The notes below the pieces were generated by a model that saw only the letters and a program-made list of their open reading frames with translations, searched no databases and was not told where the DNA came from. Positions 19,044 to 29,769 of a stretch of DNA of 55,792 nt are shown here, one piece after another (position 1 is the first letter of the stretch; every line of letters starts with the position of its first letter). This stretch comes from a virus (lineage: Duplodnaviria; Caudoviricetes), in the IMG/VR virus record IMGVR_UViG_3300032288_001605, positions 1 through 55,792 of that record; one strand, given 5' to 3'. The translations under genes were made by a program, and so were the position numbers.

Positions 19044-22000
19044 ATGGCAGAAACAGTAGTCGAGATTCTTGCCAAGTTCCGAGCCGAAACAGCAGAGTTC
19101 AATCGCAAACTTACTGAAGTCCAAGGCGAACTTAGCAAAATGCGTGATGGGGTTACCCAGAGCGCAAGCGATATGTCTAATTCTTTTGGCGTATTCGAAT
19201 CTGCCGCTAATAAAGCCGCCGTTGCCGCTGGAACTTTCGCCGCGGTTGCGGGCGGCGCACTTATCGCAATGGGTGTGCAATCATTCAATGCCGCCTCTCG
19301 AGTTGATGAACTAGATGTTGCCTTGCAAGCCGTTGGATGGTCAACGGGCAAAGGCTATGAAGCCTTACAAGATGCCGCCTTAGCAGTTAAGGCAATGGGT
19401 ATCGAGATGGAAATTGCTCAAAAATCCGTCTTAAAATATGCTCAAAATAATTTAGATTTAGCCAGTGCATCGAAAGTTGCTCGAGTTGCCCAAGACTTAG
19501 CCGTTATCGGTGGAGTCAACTCATCCGATGCTTACGACCGATTAACCCATGCCATCATTACAGGTCGTTCTGAAGTTCTTAAATCTGTTGGTATTCAAAA
19601 ATCCGCTGGACAGGCTTACGCTGACTACGCTCGCGAAATCGGAAAAACAACTAAGCAATTAACGTATCAAGAAAAACAAGCCGCCGTTCTAAATCTTGTA
19701 TTAAAAGAGGGCGAAAGAGTTGCGGGAACTTATGAAGCCGCAATGACAAGCCCCGGCAAAGTATTGCGTTCGTTTGCTCGTATAACAAATGAATTACAAG
19801 TAGCAATGGGAAGCGCTTTAATAAAGGCGTTCGGTCCCATGATTCTACAAACTTATGAATTGTATAAAAATCTTGTCAAACTTGTTTCTGAAGGCGGACG
19901 TTTTTATCCAGTCATTCAAACTATCGGTGCAGTATTAACTAACCTTGCAACTCCTCTTACGAATGCTCTGCAAAAAGCAGTGGAGTTCACAAAGGGTTTG
20001 AATGGCGTGGCTAAATCTGCGGATGAAGCAAAGACTAGGGCTGAAGGCTTAGTTCCATTTATGGAACGACTCGGAACTGAAATGCAAAGATTCTTGCCTG
20101 TACTTGCCGCTGTCTCTGCGGCTCTTGCCACCTTTGGAGGACAAAACCTTCTGAAACAAGTTCCAATTCTAGGAAGTTTCTTAGGTGCTTTCAATCCATT
20201 TTTAGTTGGTTTGACCGTTCTTATTGCATTGAGTCCAAAATTGCGTACAGCGTTTATGGATTTATTAGAATCTTTGAAACCACTTATTCCAGTATTTTTA
20301 ACTGTAGGCGCAGTAATTGTAGATGTATTGAACATCGCTTTGAATTATGCCGCTGTCGCTATTACGGCTTTATCAAAGGCAATTACTTTTTCTATTGAGT
20401 TTGTAAAACGTTATGCGACAGTCTTTAAGATTTTAGCAGGAGTCTTTGGAATTGTAACGGTTGCTATCATGGCTTACTTATTACAGGTCAAGATACTAAA
20501 TGCTTATACTGCAATTACAAATTTCCTTTTTAATAAGAAAACAGGTGTTCTTGCAAGATTGACATTAGCATGGAAAAAATTAAATTTAGTTATGAAAATG
20601 AATCCTGTGGGACTAATCATTGCAGGTGTAACAGCCCTTATTGCGGGTTTTGTGATTCTTTGGAATAATTCAGAAGCATTCCGCAAAATAATTATTGCAG
20701 TTGGCAAAGCGGGAGTTACTGGCATTGGCGCACTGATTCAAGTTATTGGTCAGTTGGCAGTCGGACTTATTAAAATAAACACAGGTCCTCTACGACTATT
20801 GTTAAAAGGTTTAGATTTACTAGGAGTCGACGCCGCTGGTAAGGCATTGCGCGGCATGGATAACATGACTGAAAATGTCGGTAAATTCTTCCAAGATGCG
20901 GGAGAGAAAGTCAAAGGTTTTGCCGATAAGTTAGATGGTTTAGAAAAGAAACGTTTCAAGTTACCTAAATTTGATTCTGAGTTCAAAATGCCTAAGTTTG
21001 ATGAAAAGGGATTATTTAAGGGTCTTGGCAAGTTTGGCGGCGAAGACGAAGAAGGTGTAAACGCTACAGGTTTAACAGATGCCGCTATAAAAGCACAGGA
21101 CGCTTTACGCAGTGTTGTTCAGAAATATAACGATTTCATCAATAACGACTTTATGCCGGGCTTTACCAAGGGCGGAGAAGCGGCAAGAGACACAATCATC
21201 AAAGGTCTTGACATGCTCAAGAATGTCTTTGATGAAAAAGGTAAGGGTCTTAAGGGCGCGGCTCTTAAGTCATTGCAAGATAGATTCTATGCAATTAATG
21301 AACAAGTTCGTTCATTTATTCCTCAAGCAATGGAAATCGCGGATGCTTTCAAGGAAGTAACCGATGCTCTTGAAAAAGCACAAGATGAGTTAGAAGCCGC
21401 TATTAAAGATAGAAATGAAGCATCGGCTCAAATTGGTTTACTCTTTGCAATGCCATTCGGTGAACCAAGTCGTATTCAAAGGGCGATGGGCGCTACTACG
21501 GCAACAGTTGATTCTATTATTTCGCAATATGATGAAATTATCGCTCTAGTTGAAAAGCGCTTCATTGGTATTGACCCTAAGAAGAAAGATTCATTGGTTG
21601 AATACCTTAAGAATCAGACTCAGGGCTTAGTTGACTTAGCCAACGAACGAGCAAAACTGGTCGATAATCTTGTTGAACTAAGAAGAAAACAAGAAGATGC
21701 TTTACAGATGCGGGCAACTGGCGCTGATTCGTTGCTTGAAATGTTTAGTTCTACTTTTGGACGACCTTCAGAGTGGAATAACGCTTTGATTGGAGCAGAA
21801 GCCACAGTCGATTCTATTGCCTCTCTCTATGACCGCTTAGTAACAGCGGTAAATAATCGTTACGCTGGATTTGATGAAGCCTCAAGAAATACAATGCTTG
21901 AGTACATTAAAAAAGAGACTCAAGCGATTTATGCTCTGGCAATTGAAAGAGAATCAGCAGTCCGCGTACTCGAACAAGCCCAAAATAGTTTGCAAGATAT

Positions 22001-23075
22001 TTTGGAAGAACAAAAATCATTTGAATCTGCTCTACAGGGACGTATTAAAGGTTTCTTTGGCGCTATTACTGATTTGACTGACAAAGATTCCGAGGCTGTC
22101 ATCAGAGTCATCAAGACGGCTAATGGTTTAGTTATCACGCAAGTCAAAGAGAGTGGTTCGGGCATTGACAAATTAATGAAACAAATGCAAGAGCGTCTCA
22201 CTTCTATCCGCAATTTTGCTCGCAATGCTGAAGCATTATTAGCCAAGGGACTTAATCCAGAATATATTAGAGAGTTACTCGAGGCGGGACCAGAAGCCGC
22301 CGCTTCAACTCTTGAGGCTTTGGCTGGCGCGAGCGGCTCACAAATTTCTGCAATTAACAGTATGTTCCAAGAAGTTAGAAGTATAAGCGGAGGGCTTTCT
22401 TCTCGTTTTGGAACAGCATTCTATGGTTCTGGAGTTGCCGCCGCGCAAGGAATCGTTACTGGCGCAAAGTCACAATTGCAATTTCTTGATAATCAAATGA
22501 AACAAATTGCCGATGGCATGGCTGAAGTCTTAAAGCCATTGCTCAATAAGAATTTCAAAGATTTAGGTACCGATGCTATTGCCGCACTTGTCAAGGCAGA
22601 TGAAGACAGGTTGAAAAACATTGATGACCAGATGGCAATTTTCGTTGCCGCTATCGATACAGCATTAACTCCATTACGCACTCTTGGAGCCGATGTTGGA
22701 GATGATTTAATTCAAGGAACTATTGACGCATTGAAGAAGAAGCAACTGGAATTGGCTAACTTGATGGCAACAATCGCCGCCTCAATTTCGGGTCCAATGG
22801 CACAAGCCGCAGGTTCTATCGGCATGGTTATTGCGCAATTAGCGGCTCTGGATGCGGCAAAGAAACTTTATGCTGAAAGTAGTTTTACTGATACAGGAGT
22901 TGTAACACCTACGCCAACCTTTACCCCCGACAGTAAAAAAGATGTAGACAATTCAATTAATATTTCAGGAGATGTTGTTTTGAAACTTAACGAGCCTGTT
23001 TCTGGAGTTGACCTAAACGCTGTAGACCAATTTGTTGATAAGTTCTGGCTATCAGTTAATGCAAGGAATCGATAA
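19044..23075 (+). CDS. Tape measure protein
   Basis: 1343 aa, Ala-rich and helical with hydrophobic segments (MNPVGLIIAGV); follows the chaperones. Confidence 0.9.
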   Translation: MAETVVEILAKFRAETAEFNRKLTEVQGELSKMRDGVTQSASDMSNSFGVFESAANKAAVAAGTFAAVAGGALIAMGVQSFNAASRVDELDVALQAVGWSTGKGYEALQDAALAVKAMGIEMEIAQKSVLKYAQNNLDLASASKVARVAQDLAVIGGVNSSDAYDRLTHAIITGRSEVLKSVGIQKSAGQAYADYAREIGKTTKQLTYQEKQAAVLNLVLKEGERVAGTYEAAMTSPGKVLRSFARITNELQVAMGSALIKAFGPMILQTYELYKNLVKLVSEGGRFYPVIQTIGAVLTNLATPLTNALQKAVEFTKGLNGVAKSADEAKTRAEGLVPFMERLGTEMQRFLPVLAAVSAALATFGGQNLLKQVPILGSFLGAFNPFLVGLTVLIALSPKLRTAFMDLLESLKPLIPVFLTVGAVIVDVLNIALNYAAVAITALSKAITFSIEFVKRYATVFKILAGVFGIVTVAIMAYLLQVKILNAYTAITNFLFNKKTGVLARLTLAWKKLNLVMKMNPVGLIIAGVTALIAGFVILWNNSEAFRKIIIAVGKAGVTGIGALIQVIGQLAVGLIKINTGPLRLLLKGLDLLGVDAAGKALRGMDNMTENVGKFFQDAGEKVKGFADKLDGLEKKRFKLPKFDSEFKMPKFDEKGLFKGLGKFGGEDEEGVNATGLTDAAIKAQDALRSVVQKYNDFINNDFMPGFTKGGEAARDTIIKGLDMLKNVFDEKGKGLKGAALKSLQDRFYAINEQVRSFIPQAMEIADAFKEVTDALEKAQDELEAAIKDRNEASAQIGLLFAMPFGEPSRIQRAMGATTATVDSIISQYDEIIALVEKRFIGIDPKKKDSLVEYLKNQTQGLVDLANERAKLVDNLVELRRKQEDALQMRATGADSLLEMFSSTFGRPSEWNNALIGAEATVDSIASLYDRLVTAVNNRYAGFDEASRNTMLEYIKKETQAIYALAIERESAVRVLEQAQNSLQDILEEQKSFESALQGRIKGFFGAITDLTDKDSEAVIRVIKTANGLVITQVKESGSGIDKLMKQMQERLTSIRNFARNAEALLAKGLNPEYIRELLEAGPEAAASTLEALAGASGSQISAINSMFQEVRSISGGLSSRFGTAFYGSGVAAAQGIVTGAKSQLQFLDNQMKQIADGMAEVLKPLLNKNFKDLGTDAIAALVKADEDRLKNIDDQMAIFVAAIDTALTPLRTLGADVGDDLIQGTIDALKKKQLELANLMATIAASISGPMAQAAGSIGMVIAQLAALDAAKKLYAESSFTDTGVVTPTPTFTPDSKKDVDNSINISGDVVLKLNEPVSGVDLNAVDQFVDKFWLSVNARNR

Positions 23076-24592
23076 TGGCAGTTACAACAGTTGTACCTAA
23101 TGCAACCGCTTCAGGTTCCACGCTCTTCACAATTACAGGTGGCTCTGCATCATTAAATGCCGCCCTCAGTGATGGAAGCGATGCAACTTATATTGCCAAA
23201 ACTTCAAGCATCATTGGCAGTGCTACCGCAATTTTAGATTTTGGCACAACAACATTGACCGCCGCACAGCGCGTTAAGCGAGTTCGAGTTAGAGCGAGAT
23301 GCTCTACGCCAACAAGCGCTGGAAAGTTAAATATTTATCTTGGCGTTCGTAGTGACAATCAAAATTATTTCCATTCACCTCTTGCAGTTCGGGCTACAAA
23401 TGCCGCCGCTACAACTTTTACTGGACCTTATTTTAATTATGCTCCGAACGGTCAATCGTGGTCACAGTCTTTAATTGACGGACTCAGAAGTAAAATAACA
23501 GAATATGCTGACAATTCAGATATTGGAAAGTTTTACGAACTCTATATTGACGTAGACATTGCGGCTCAACCAACCGTAACGGTCTCTGCTCCAACTGGCA
23601 CCATCACGACTTCAGCCGCTCCAGATGTGTCGTGGGCTTATGCAGATACAGATAATGAAACACAGGCTTACTATCAAATTAAAGTATTTACTGCCGCACA
23701 ATACGGAGCAGGTGGATTTAGCCCAGCGACTTCAACTGCAACGTGGGATTCAGGTGAAATTGCTTCATCTGATTCGAGTGCGGTTATAGGAAAGTTGTTA
23801 TTACCAGCGACTTATCGTGCTTATGTTCGAGTAGCAAAATCTATTAATGGCACTCCGTTTTGGTCTGATTACGCATATAGTCAATTTACTATAAGTTACA
23901 CAGCGCCAACGATTCCAACAATGTCTGTTACTTGGTCGGATGTTGATGGCAAGGCAACTTTCACATTGACAGGAGCCGCTCCAACTGGATATGTCAGTCA
24001 ATATTTTGATATCCACCGTTCTGACAGTGCAAGTTTTGTATATGCAGGTATTCGAAACGGAGAAAGATTAATTCCGAATGGAAGTTATGTGGCAACTGCA
24101 CAAGATTATGAAGCCCCTCGAGGGATTGTTGCCTACTATCGATGCCGTTCGGTAGGCATTGATTCGAATGCCAATGAGTTCCCTTCAGCATGGGGAACTG
24201 TTCAACAAATTCTTATCACGAATGATGAAACATGGTGGTTCAAAGCCGTTTTGAATCCCGCCATAAATAAAGGCTCTATTAGAGTTCAAAGAGATATCTC
24301 TCTAGATGTTGTTGAGGAAACTACCGTTTTCCGCCGTCTTGGAGAAGATAGACCAATTGTTGTTTCTGGATTGATTCAAGGTGAAGACGGTTCCTATTCT
24401 ATAAAGACTCTTAATGAGTCCGAATGGCAAAATCTTGAACCTCTTTTGAATTATCAGGGAACTATTCTGGTTCAAGACCCACTCGGAAATCAAAAATATA
24501 TTCGAATCATTTCACGCTCTTGGACATTCTCCACACCTAATGGACGCTCCAATCGAGATATCAGTATTCAATATGTCGAGGTAACTGCATAA
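23075..24592 (+). CDS. Minor tail protein (distal-tail-like, Fn3/Ig domains)
   Basis: After tape measure; QDYEAP-x-G-x-x-x-YYR motif; Dit-like C-terminus. Confidence 0.65.
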   Translation: MAVTTVVPNATASGSTLFTITGGSASLNAALSDGSDATYIAKTSSIIGSATAILDFGTTTLTAAQRVKRVRVRARCSTPTSAGKLNIYLGVRSDNQNYFHSPLAVRATNAAATTFTGPYFNYAPNGQSWSQSLIDGLRSKITEYADNSDIGKFYELYIDVDIAAQPTVTVSAPTGTITTSAAPDVSWAYADTDNETQAYYQIKVFTAAQYGAGGFSPATSTATWDSGEIASSDSSAVIGKLLLPATYRAYVRVAKSINGTPFWSDYAYSQFTISYTAPTIPTMSVTWSDVDGKATFTLTGAAPTGYVSQYFDIHRSDSASFVYAGIRNGERLIPNGSYVATAQDYEAPRGIVAYYRCRSVGIDSNANEFPSAWGTVQQILITNDETWWFKAVLNPAINKGSIRVQRDISLDVVEETTVFRRLGEDRPIVVSGLIQGEDGSYSIKTLNESEWQNLEPLLNYQGTILVQDPLGNQKYIRIISRSWTFSTPNGRSNRDISIQYVEVTA

Positions 24593-25737
24593 TGTATCCA
24601 GCGAGCGCTGAGTTCAAAGCCGCTCTTAGAGATAATCACGTTGTTGTTTCTAAGGCAGAAATCTGGAGTGGAGACCAAAAACTTCTTGATTTAGATATTG
24701 CCAGTGGTTCTGTAACCGCGAGTTCAAACAGTGCTATTCGTAGAGTTTGCAGTGTTGAATTATTCGCTTCTCGCGATATCGATAATGTAGTCCCCGATTC
24801 AGCATTTGATTTCTTATCGCCTTTTGGTAACGAGTTGAGGCTTTATCGAGGTATTAAATTTGTTAATGGAACAATCGAATATGTCCCGCTAGGTATTTTT
24901 GTCATGACTGAAATTAGTATTGACGATACTAACGAGGGAGTTCGTATCTCCATTCAAGGCGAGGATAGGTCCATTCTTGTTTCTCGCAATAAGTGGTTAG
25001 CGCCCTATCAAATGGTTAATAGCCCACTGCACACATCTATTCAAGCGTTGTTACAAAATAGAAATCCTGATGTAATTTGTTCATTTCCAACTACAAATGT
25101 AACTATTTCGCAAGTTGTTTTGGGTACCGACAGACAAAACGACCCATGGAAAGATGCAGTTTATTTATGCCAGATAGTCGGCTTTGACTTATATTTCGAT
25201 GTCAATGGCATTGCCACGATGACACAGTTCCCAACTCTTGACTCAGGAGCAATTGTCGCTTCGTATGTTGAAAATGAAAATACGACTACGACCAATCTCA
25301 ATCGCACTATTTCTACCAAAGAAACTTATAATGGAGTTGTTTATACCGTAGAGGGTAGCAATATTGGCACCCCGTTGCGTATTGAGGTTTGGGACGAGGA
25401 TACAACTAGCCCAACATATCGCTATGGACCTTTTGGTTCAGTTCCAATATTTTATGAGACAAGTGCGATAGCGACACAAACTGAAGCAATACAAGCGGCA
25501 ACTGCCTTGTTGAATAGATACATTGGTGCACAAGAAAGTGTTTCCTTTTCTTCTATTGTCGACCCCACTCTGGACGTCAATGATGTTATTTACGTGAAAT
25601 CAGTTGGAGCGAAAGTAGATAGGATTTCAATAGTTGACACAGTTGAAATCCCTTTGAGTCCAGATTCCGAACAAAGCGTTCAAACAAGAATAGTTCGTGT
25701 TGTTGGCGATAACGAAATAATAGGAATTGGAGAATGA
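24592..25737 (+). CDS. Baseplate hub / minor tail protein
   Basis: PFGNELRLYRG...YVPLG-x-F...GEDRS; YNGVV; SPTYRYGPFG-x-VP. Confidence 0.7.
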   Translation: MYPASAEFKAALRDNHVVVSKAEIWSGDQKLLDLDIASGSVTASSNSAIRRVCSVELFASRDIDNVVPDSAFDFLSPFGNELRLYRGIKFVNGTIEYVPLGIFVMTEISIDDTNEGVRISIQGEDRSILVSRNKWLAPYQMVNSPLHTSIQALLQNRNPDVICSFPTTNVTISQVVLGTDRQNDPWKDAVYLCQIVGFDLYFDVNGIATMTQFPTLDSGAIVASYVENENTTTTNLNRTISTKETYNGVVYTVEGSNIGTPLRIEVWDEDTTSPTYRYGPFGSVPIFYETSAIATQTEAIQAATALLNRYIGAQESVSFSSIVDPTLDVNDVIYVKSVGAKVDRISIVDTVEIPLSPDSEQSVQTRIVRVVGDNEIIGIGE

Positions 25738-25979
25738 TGGACATTGCAACATTATTATCAAAGGTAATTGCGCAGAATGTAAAAGTCGCATTTCATTGGG
25801 CTGAAATTATTGATAAAAGGTCTGTGCCTAGAGCCGACGTAGATATTAAATTATCTGGAACTGACACGCTTTTAACTGGTATCCCCCATCTTCATAACTA
25901 TTCACCTCAAGTCGGCGATATTGCTCTGGTTCTGATAAATGGGACAGATATCGTCGTAATCGACAGAGCATCCATATAA
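25734..25979 (+). CDS. Small baseplate protein
   Basis: YSPQVGD OB-like motif; follows the hub gene. Confidence 0.55.
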   Translation: MMDIATLLSKVIAQNVKVAFHWAEIIDKRSVPRADVDIKLSGTDTLLTGIPHLHNYSPQVGDIALVLINGTDIVVIDRASI

Positions 25980-26017
25980 GTTATAATTTATCCACCTACG
26001 CTTTACCAAGGAGCAAT

Positions 26018-26248
26018 ATGAAAGACTTTATCCGCAAAAACCCTGTTCGAGTTTCCGCTTTTGTTTCTTCAGCGGTCACTCTTGTTTTGGCAATTGTGAA
26101 TCCTGACTTGCCAGCAGAACAGGCTGTCATCTTGATTCTTTCTCTTATTGGGTTGGGTGAATATGCTCAACGCGTTGAAAATGAGAAGACCGTTGAAGCC
26201 CTCCTCGTCGACCCAGCCGAGTTAGAGGATTACGAAGACGAACTATGA
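26018..26248 (+). CDS. Putative holin
   Basis: Two hydrophobic segments; adjacent to the endolysin. Confidence 0.6.
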   Translation: MKDFIRKNPVRVSAFVSSAVTLVLAIVNPDLPAEQAVILILSLIGLGEYAQRVENEKTVEALLVDPAELEDYEDEL

Positions 26249-26769
26249 GCAAAGAGGCTGTCATAGCCTTCGCTCTTGAAGAGATTGAGGCTGGTTACAA
26301 GGAAGGTCCAAACAACGACACTAAGTATGGAAAGTGGTTTGGTCTAAACAATCAACCATGGTGTGCGATGTTTGTTTCATGGTGCTTTCATAAAGCGCAA
26401 TTGACCGACCTTGTAACCGCCCAAACAAAAAAAGGTTTTGCCTCTTGTGATGCGGGATTAAAGTGGTTCGCAAAAAAGAATCAATTAGTCCCTGTTGGTC
26501 AAGCCGAGGCAGGAGATTTAGTATTTTTCCAGTTCGATACAGATTCTCAACCCGACCATGTTGGAATCGTTATTAAAAACAATAAAAAATTAAAACGTCT
26601 TGTAGTCGCTGAAGGTAATACCGCTGGCGACGGCGCAGGAAGTCAGTCGAATGGTGATGGTGTTTTCCTCAAAAAACGTTCTTACTCTTTTGCTATGGCA
26701 GTTGCTCGACCAAAATATGCTTCAAAGCCTGTTGCGAGTTCGCCCGATGAAGCAAGGGCAGGTTACTAA
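26245..26769 (+). CDS. CHAP-domain endolysin
   Basis: PWCAMFVSW, GDLVFF, DHVGIV and EGNT catalytic motifs. Confidence 0.85.
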   Translation: MSKEAVIAFALEEIEAGYKEGPNNDTKYGKWFGLNNQPWCAMFVSWCFHKAQLTDLVTAQTKKGFASCDAGLKWFAKKNQLVPVGQAEAGDLVFFQFDTDSQPDHVGIVIKNNKKLKRLVVAEGNTAGDGAGSQSNGDGVFLKKRSYSFAMAVARPKYASKPVASSPDEARAGY

Positions 26770-27044
26770 TGGAACACGAACCAACTTTAGGAGAAGTCAT
26801 GAGAAGGCTTGATGACCTAACAATGGAAGTCAAGCAAATGAATCTCAACATTTCTCAAACTTATGTTCGCCAAGATGTTTATTCTTCAGATACGGATAAC
26901 ATTCAACAGGCTATGGAACATATTACGGACCGCCTTGAGAAGATGGAATCACGCTCAGAATGGGTTATCCGCACAGTCGGTGCGCTCTTTATTGCCACAG
27001 TTGTCGGTGCCTCGATGTACGTTGGTCAAATAATCGGGCTGTAG
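26769..27044 (+). CDS. Coiled-coil protein with C-terminal TM helix (lysis module)
   Basis: EPTLGEV-x-RRL; C-terminal hydrophobic helix. Confidence 0.6.
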   Translation: MEHEPTLGEVMRRLDDLTMEVKQMNLNISQTYVRQDVYSSDTDNIQQAMEHITDRLEKMESRSEWVIRTVGALFIATVVGASMYVGQIIGL

Positions 27045-27048
27045 GTAT

Positions 27049-27077
27049 TTGACAATCTAACCGTAGTTGCATATCCT
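27049..27077 (+). promoter_or_regulatory. Conserved promoter for the recombination/replication operon
   Basis: TTGACA-ATCTAACCGTAGTTGCA-TATCCT. Confidence 0.75.
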
Positions 27078-27100
27078 CTCCCTAAACGAGAGGAGTTCAA

Positions 27101-27631
27101 ATGCAAGCATCACCTATCGACGATTTCGATATCGTTGAAACCCCAGTCCTAGAATCCTTCAAGGTCGATGATGACCAAAAGGCTGATTGGGCGATGAGAA
27201 AATTGGCGGCAATCCGCCGTAAGCAATCAGAAAACAAAGCCATTGCAGACCGAGAGATTCAAAGAGCCACAGAATGGCTCCAGAAGGTCAATACAGCCCT
27301 TGAGAATGATGCAGGGTACTTCGAGGCTATCCTCACTCCATACGCGCTCCTACAGCGCTCTGAAGGTCGTAAATCCCTAGTTTTACCCCATGGCACGGTC
27401 AAGACTGTCGCGGGTAGGGCAAAAGTTGAGATTCAAGATGCCGAGGAGTTCCTCGCATGGGCTGAGAAGAATCAACCTAATCTGATTCGGGTCAAAAAAG
27501 AACCTGACCGCTCCGCGCTAAATGAACTCATTACGGAAGAAAATCATGTAATATCAACCGAGGGTGAAATTATCCCAGCGGTAAAAGTTATACCAAGTGA
27601 AACATCAGTTTCATTTGTGATTGCAGAGTAG
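27101..27631 (+). CDS. Gam-like host-nuclease inhibitor
   Basis: ADWAMRKL coiled coil; KSLVLPHGTV; IRVKKEPDRSAL. Confidence 0.75.
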   Translation: MQASPIDDFDIVETPVLESFKVDDDQKADWAMRKLAAIRRKQSENKAIADREIQRATEWLQKVNTALENDAGYFEAILTPYALLQRSEGRKSLVLPHGTVKTVAGRAKVEIQDAEEFLAWAEKNQPNLIRVKKEPDRSALNELITEENHVISTEGEIIPAVKVIPSETSVSFVIAE

Positions 27632-27644
27632 TGAAAGGGAAATC

Positions 27645-28316
27645 ATGGAAAACGAATTAAGTATTAATCAAGCACTGATTGAAGTTATGAAGACTGTAGG
27701 TGCTATCGCAAAGAAAGACCGTAATCAATCACAAGGATTTAATTTCCGTGGAATTGATTCAGTAGTCAACGCAGTATCTCCAGCATTTCAAAAGTACGGA
27801 GTTATTGCGACTCCAGATGTTTTGGATTACTCCTATGAAACTGTTGAGATTGGAAAGAATCGAACAGCGATGGGTCACGTTAGATTGCAAGTGGCTTACA
27901 CGTTTCATGGACCAAAGGGCGATTTCATTACTACGACAGTAGGAGCCGAAGCCATGGATTCGGGTGATAAGGCAACTGCTAAGGCTATGTCTGTCGCCTT
28001 TCGAACTGCATTACTACAAACGTTATGTCTGCCAACAGACGATGTTGACCCTGATGCAAGTTCATACGAGCGCTCGAGTGCAGATGACGTTCTCTCGCCA
28101 AGTGGATTGCTTGTCAAAATCTCTGGAGCAACAGATATGGAGTCTCTTGCAAAGGTTGGTCAATACATAACCCAAAACAAAGACAAGTATCACGCAGAGC
28201 AACTTGAACAATTCCGAGCACACTTTAAGGCTCAACAATTGAAAATCAATCCACCTAAATTGGAAGAGGAAACCAATGCGGAAACAAACACAGAAACTCT
28301 TGGAGTTAATGCCTGA
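27645..28316 (+). CDS. ERF-family single-strand annealing protein
   Basis: FNFRGIDSV, DSGDKATAKAMS-x-A-x-R and DPD motifs. Confidence 0.85.
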   Translation: MENELSINQALIEVMKTVGAIAKKDRNQSQGFNFRGIDSVVNAVSPAFQKYGVIATPDVLDYSYETVEIGKNRTAMGHVRLQVAYTFHGPKGDFITTTVGAEAMDSGDKATAKAMSVAFRTALLQTLCLPTDDVDPDASSYERSSADDVLSPSGLLVKISGATDMESLAKVGQYITQNKDKYHAEQLEQFRAHFKAQQLKINPPKLEEETNAETNTETLGVNA

Positions 28317-28668
28317 GTTGCCCTATGCGGGAACTTCAGGATTTAGCGGGACAGATACAAGCGAGAACAGAGCGCGTAGCGCGGATGCCGATGGCAAAAC
28401 CGCGTTACGTCAAAAACAAGCCATTGAGTTCATTTCAGGTCGGGGTCACTTTGGCTCGACATGGAAAGAGTTAGCCGATGTGTTGCGATTGCATCATGGA
28501 AGCGCCTCTGGTGTATTGTCCGTCCTCCACAAAACAGGACATTTAGTAAGGCTCAAAGAGACTCGAGACGCTTGTAAAGTTTATGTGAGTCCTAATTTTG
28601 TGGCTAACAGACCAAGTGAAGTTTTCGGGCGCAAAAAATCATGCCCGCATTGTGGAGGTAATTTGTGA
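28309..28668 (+). CDS. wHTH DNA-binding protein
   Basis: GSTWKELA...HHGSASGVLSVLH; C-terminal CPHCG. Confidence 0.65.
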   Translation: MPELPYAGTSGFSGTDTSENRARSADADGKTALRQKQAIEFISGRGHFGSTWKELADVLRLHHGSASGVLSVLHKTGHLVRLKETRDACKVYVSPNFVANRPSEVFGRKKSCPHCGGNL

Positions 28669-29390
28669 GTCTCAAGTGGATGATAAAAGTTTGGTCCGAT
28701 TCTCCCTACGATGGGACTCGACTGCTCATCCACTTGGCGCTCGCCGATATCTCTCATGATGATGGTCGATTCTTTGCTTCACAGAGCAACCTATCCAAGA
28801 AAAGCCGATGCTCGATTGAGTATGTCCGAAAGGTCATCAACGAGATGATTGCAGATGGCAACCTTCGAATTGTGTCCAAGGGAAACTCCAAGGGCAACGC
28901 GACCACGTATCAATTAATCTGGAAAAAGTCAGCACTCCCCAACGATGTTGAGGAGAACAAAGTTATGGACGATGACATAGAACTCCCCAACTCTGATAGG
29001 GACAACTCCCCAACTCTGACCCCTCCACTCCCCAACTCCACTCCGTACCAACAGTCCTATACAACAGTCCTATCTACAACAAAAGGGGACGAAACTGCTG
29101 TCGCAGTTATCGCCCCTCAAGAGTTGGTTGCTAGGAGATGGTGGGAGAAGCAAAAAGTAAAACCTCTGGGAAAAGGAGCATGGCATTCACTTCTCCAGAT
29201 TTGTGATGCCGCGATAAAGCGAGGGCATTCAGTCGAGCAGATTGAATCCGCTTTGGATTATGTAGGGACAGTCCCGACCATGAGACAGATGGATTTAGTT
29301 TTGCGTGGCGTTGGCGTGAGAACCAAGACAGAGACTTCAGCGATGAAGGCTTTGGAGTTATCGCGAAAGTTCACGGATGAATCTATCTGA
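28665..29390 (+). CDS. Replication initiator with N-terminal HTH
   Basis: LIHLALAD...SQSNLSKK HTH; internal direct repeats. Confidence 0.75.
   Translation: MSLKWMIKVWSDSPYDGTRLLIHLALADISHDDGRFFASQSNLSKKSRCSIEYVRKVINEMIADGNLRIVSKGNSKGNATTYQLIWKKSALPNDVEENKVMDDDIELPNSDRDNSPTLTPPLPNSTPYQQSYTTVLSTTKGDETAVAVIAPQELVARRWWEKQKVKPLGKGAWHSLLQICDAAIKRGHSVEQIESALDYVGTVPTMRQMDLVLRGVGVRTKTETSAMKALELSRKFTDESI
28934..29073 (+). repeat. Iteron-like direct repeats (probable replication origin)
   Basis: ACTCCCCAAC at 28934, 28982, 29005 and 29027; CAACAGTCCTAT at 29049 and 29062. Confidence 0.75.
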
Positions 29391-29769
29391 AGTTGCCCTT
29401 CTCCTCGGCACGGTTACGGCTTACGATTTGAGAATTCAGGTCGATGAGTTGAAAGTACGGGCGTGGGCAGAGGCTTTAGATTTTGATATCTCACTTGAGG
29501 AGGGAAGGAAATTAGTTTTCTTCCATTACTCGAATTTTGATACTGCGATTACTCCCTCGCACATTAATCGAGAATCACGGCGGCGTAAAGCCTCCGAGTT
29601 GGAAAGAGAGCGCGGTCGATTGCTCTCTGAAGAATTCGAACGGCATAAAGAAAAGAAAGCGTCCCCAGAATCAGTTCAAAAGTATCTCGAAGAGATTCGC
29701 TCCAAGATAGGAAAACCAAAGAATGCTTCAGTGGATACAGATAGCGGAGAGGTGGCACCTAACTCATGA
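29377..29769 (+). CDS. Putative helicase loader / replisome protein
   Basis: AYDLR...AWAEAL...HY...ITPSHI pattern; follows the initiator. Confidence 0.6.
   Translation: MNLSEVALLLGTVTAYDLRIQVDELKVRAWAEALDFDISLEEGRKLVFFHYSNFDTAITPSHINRESRRRKASELERERGRLLSEEFERHKEKKASPESVQKYLEEIRSKIGKPKNASVDTDSGEVAPNS

Noticed and set aside
18954-24493. Antisense and alternate-frame ORFs over tape measure and tail genes
   Set aside because: Shadow ORFs without RBS or recognisable motifs
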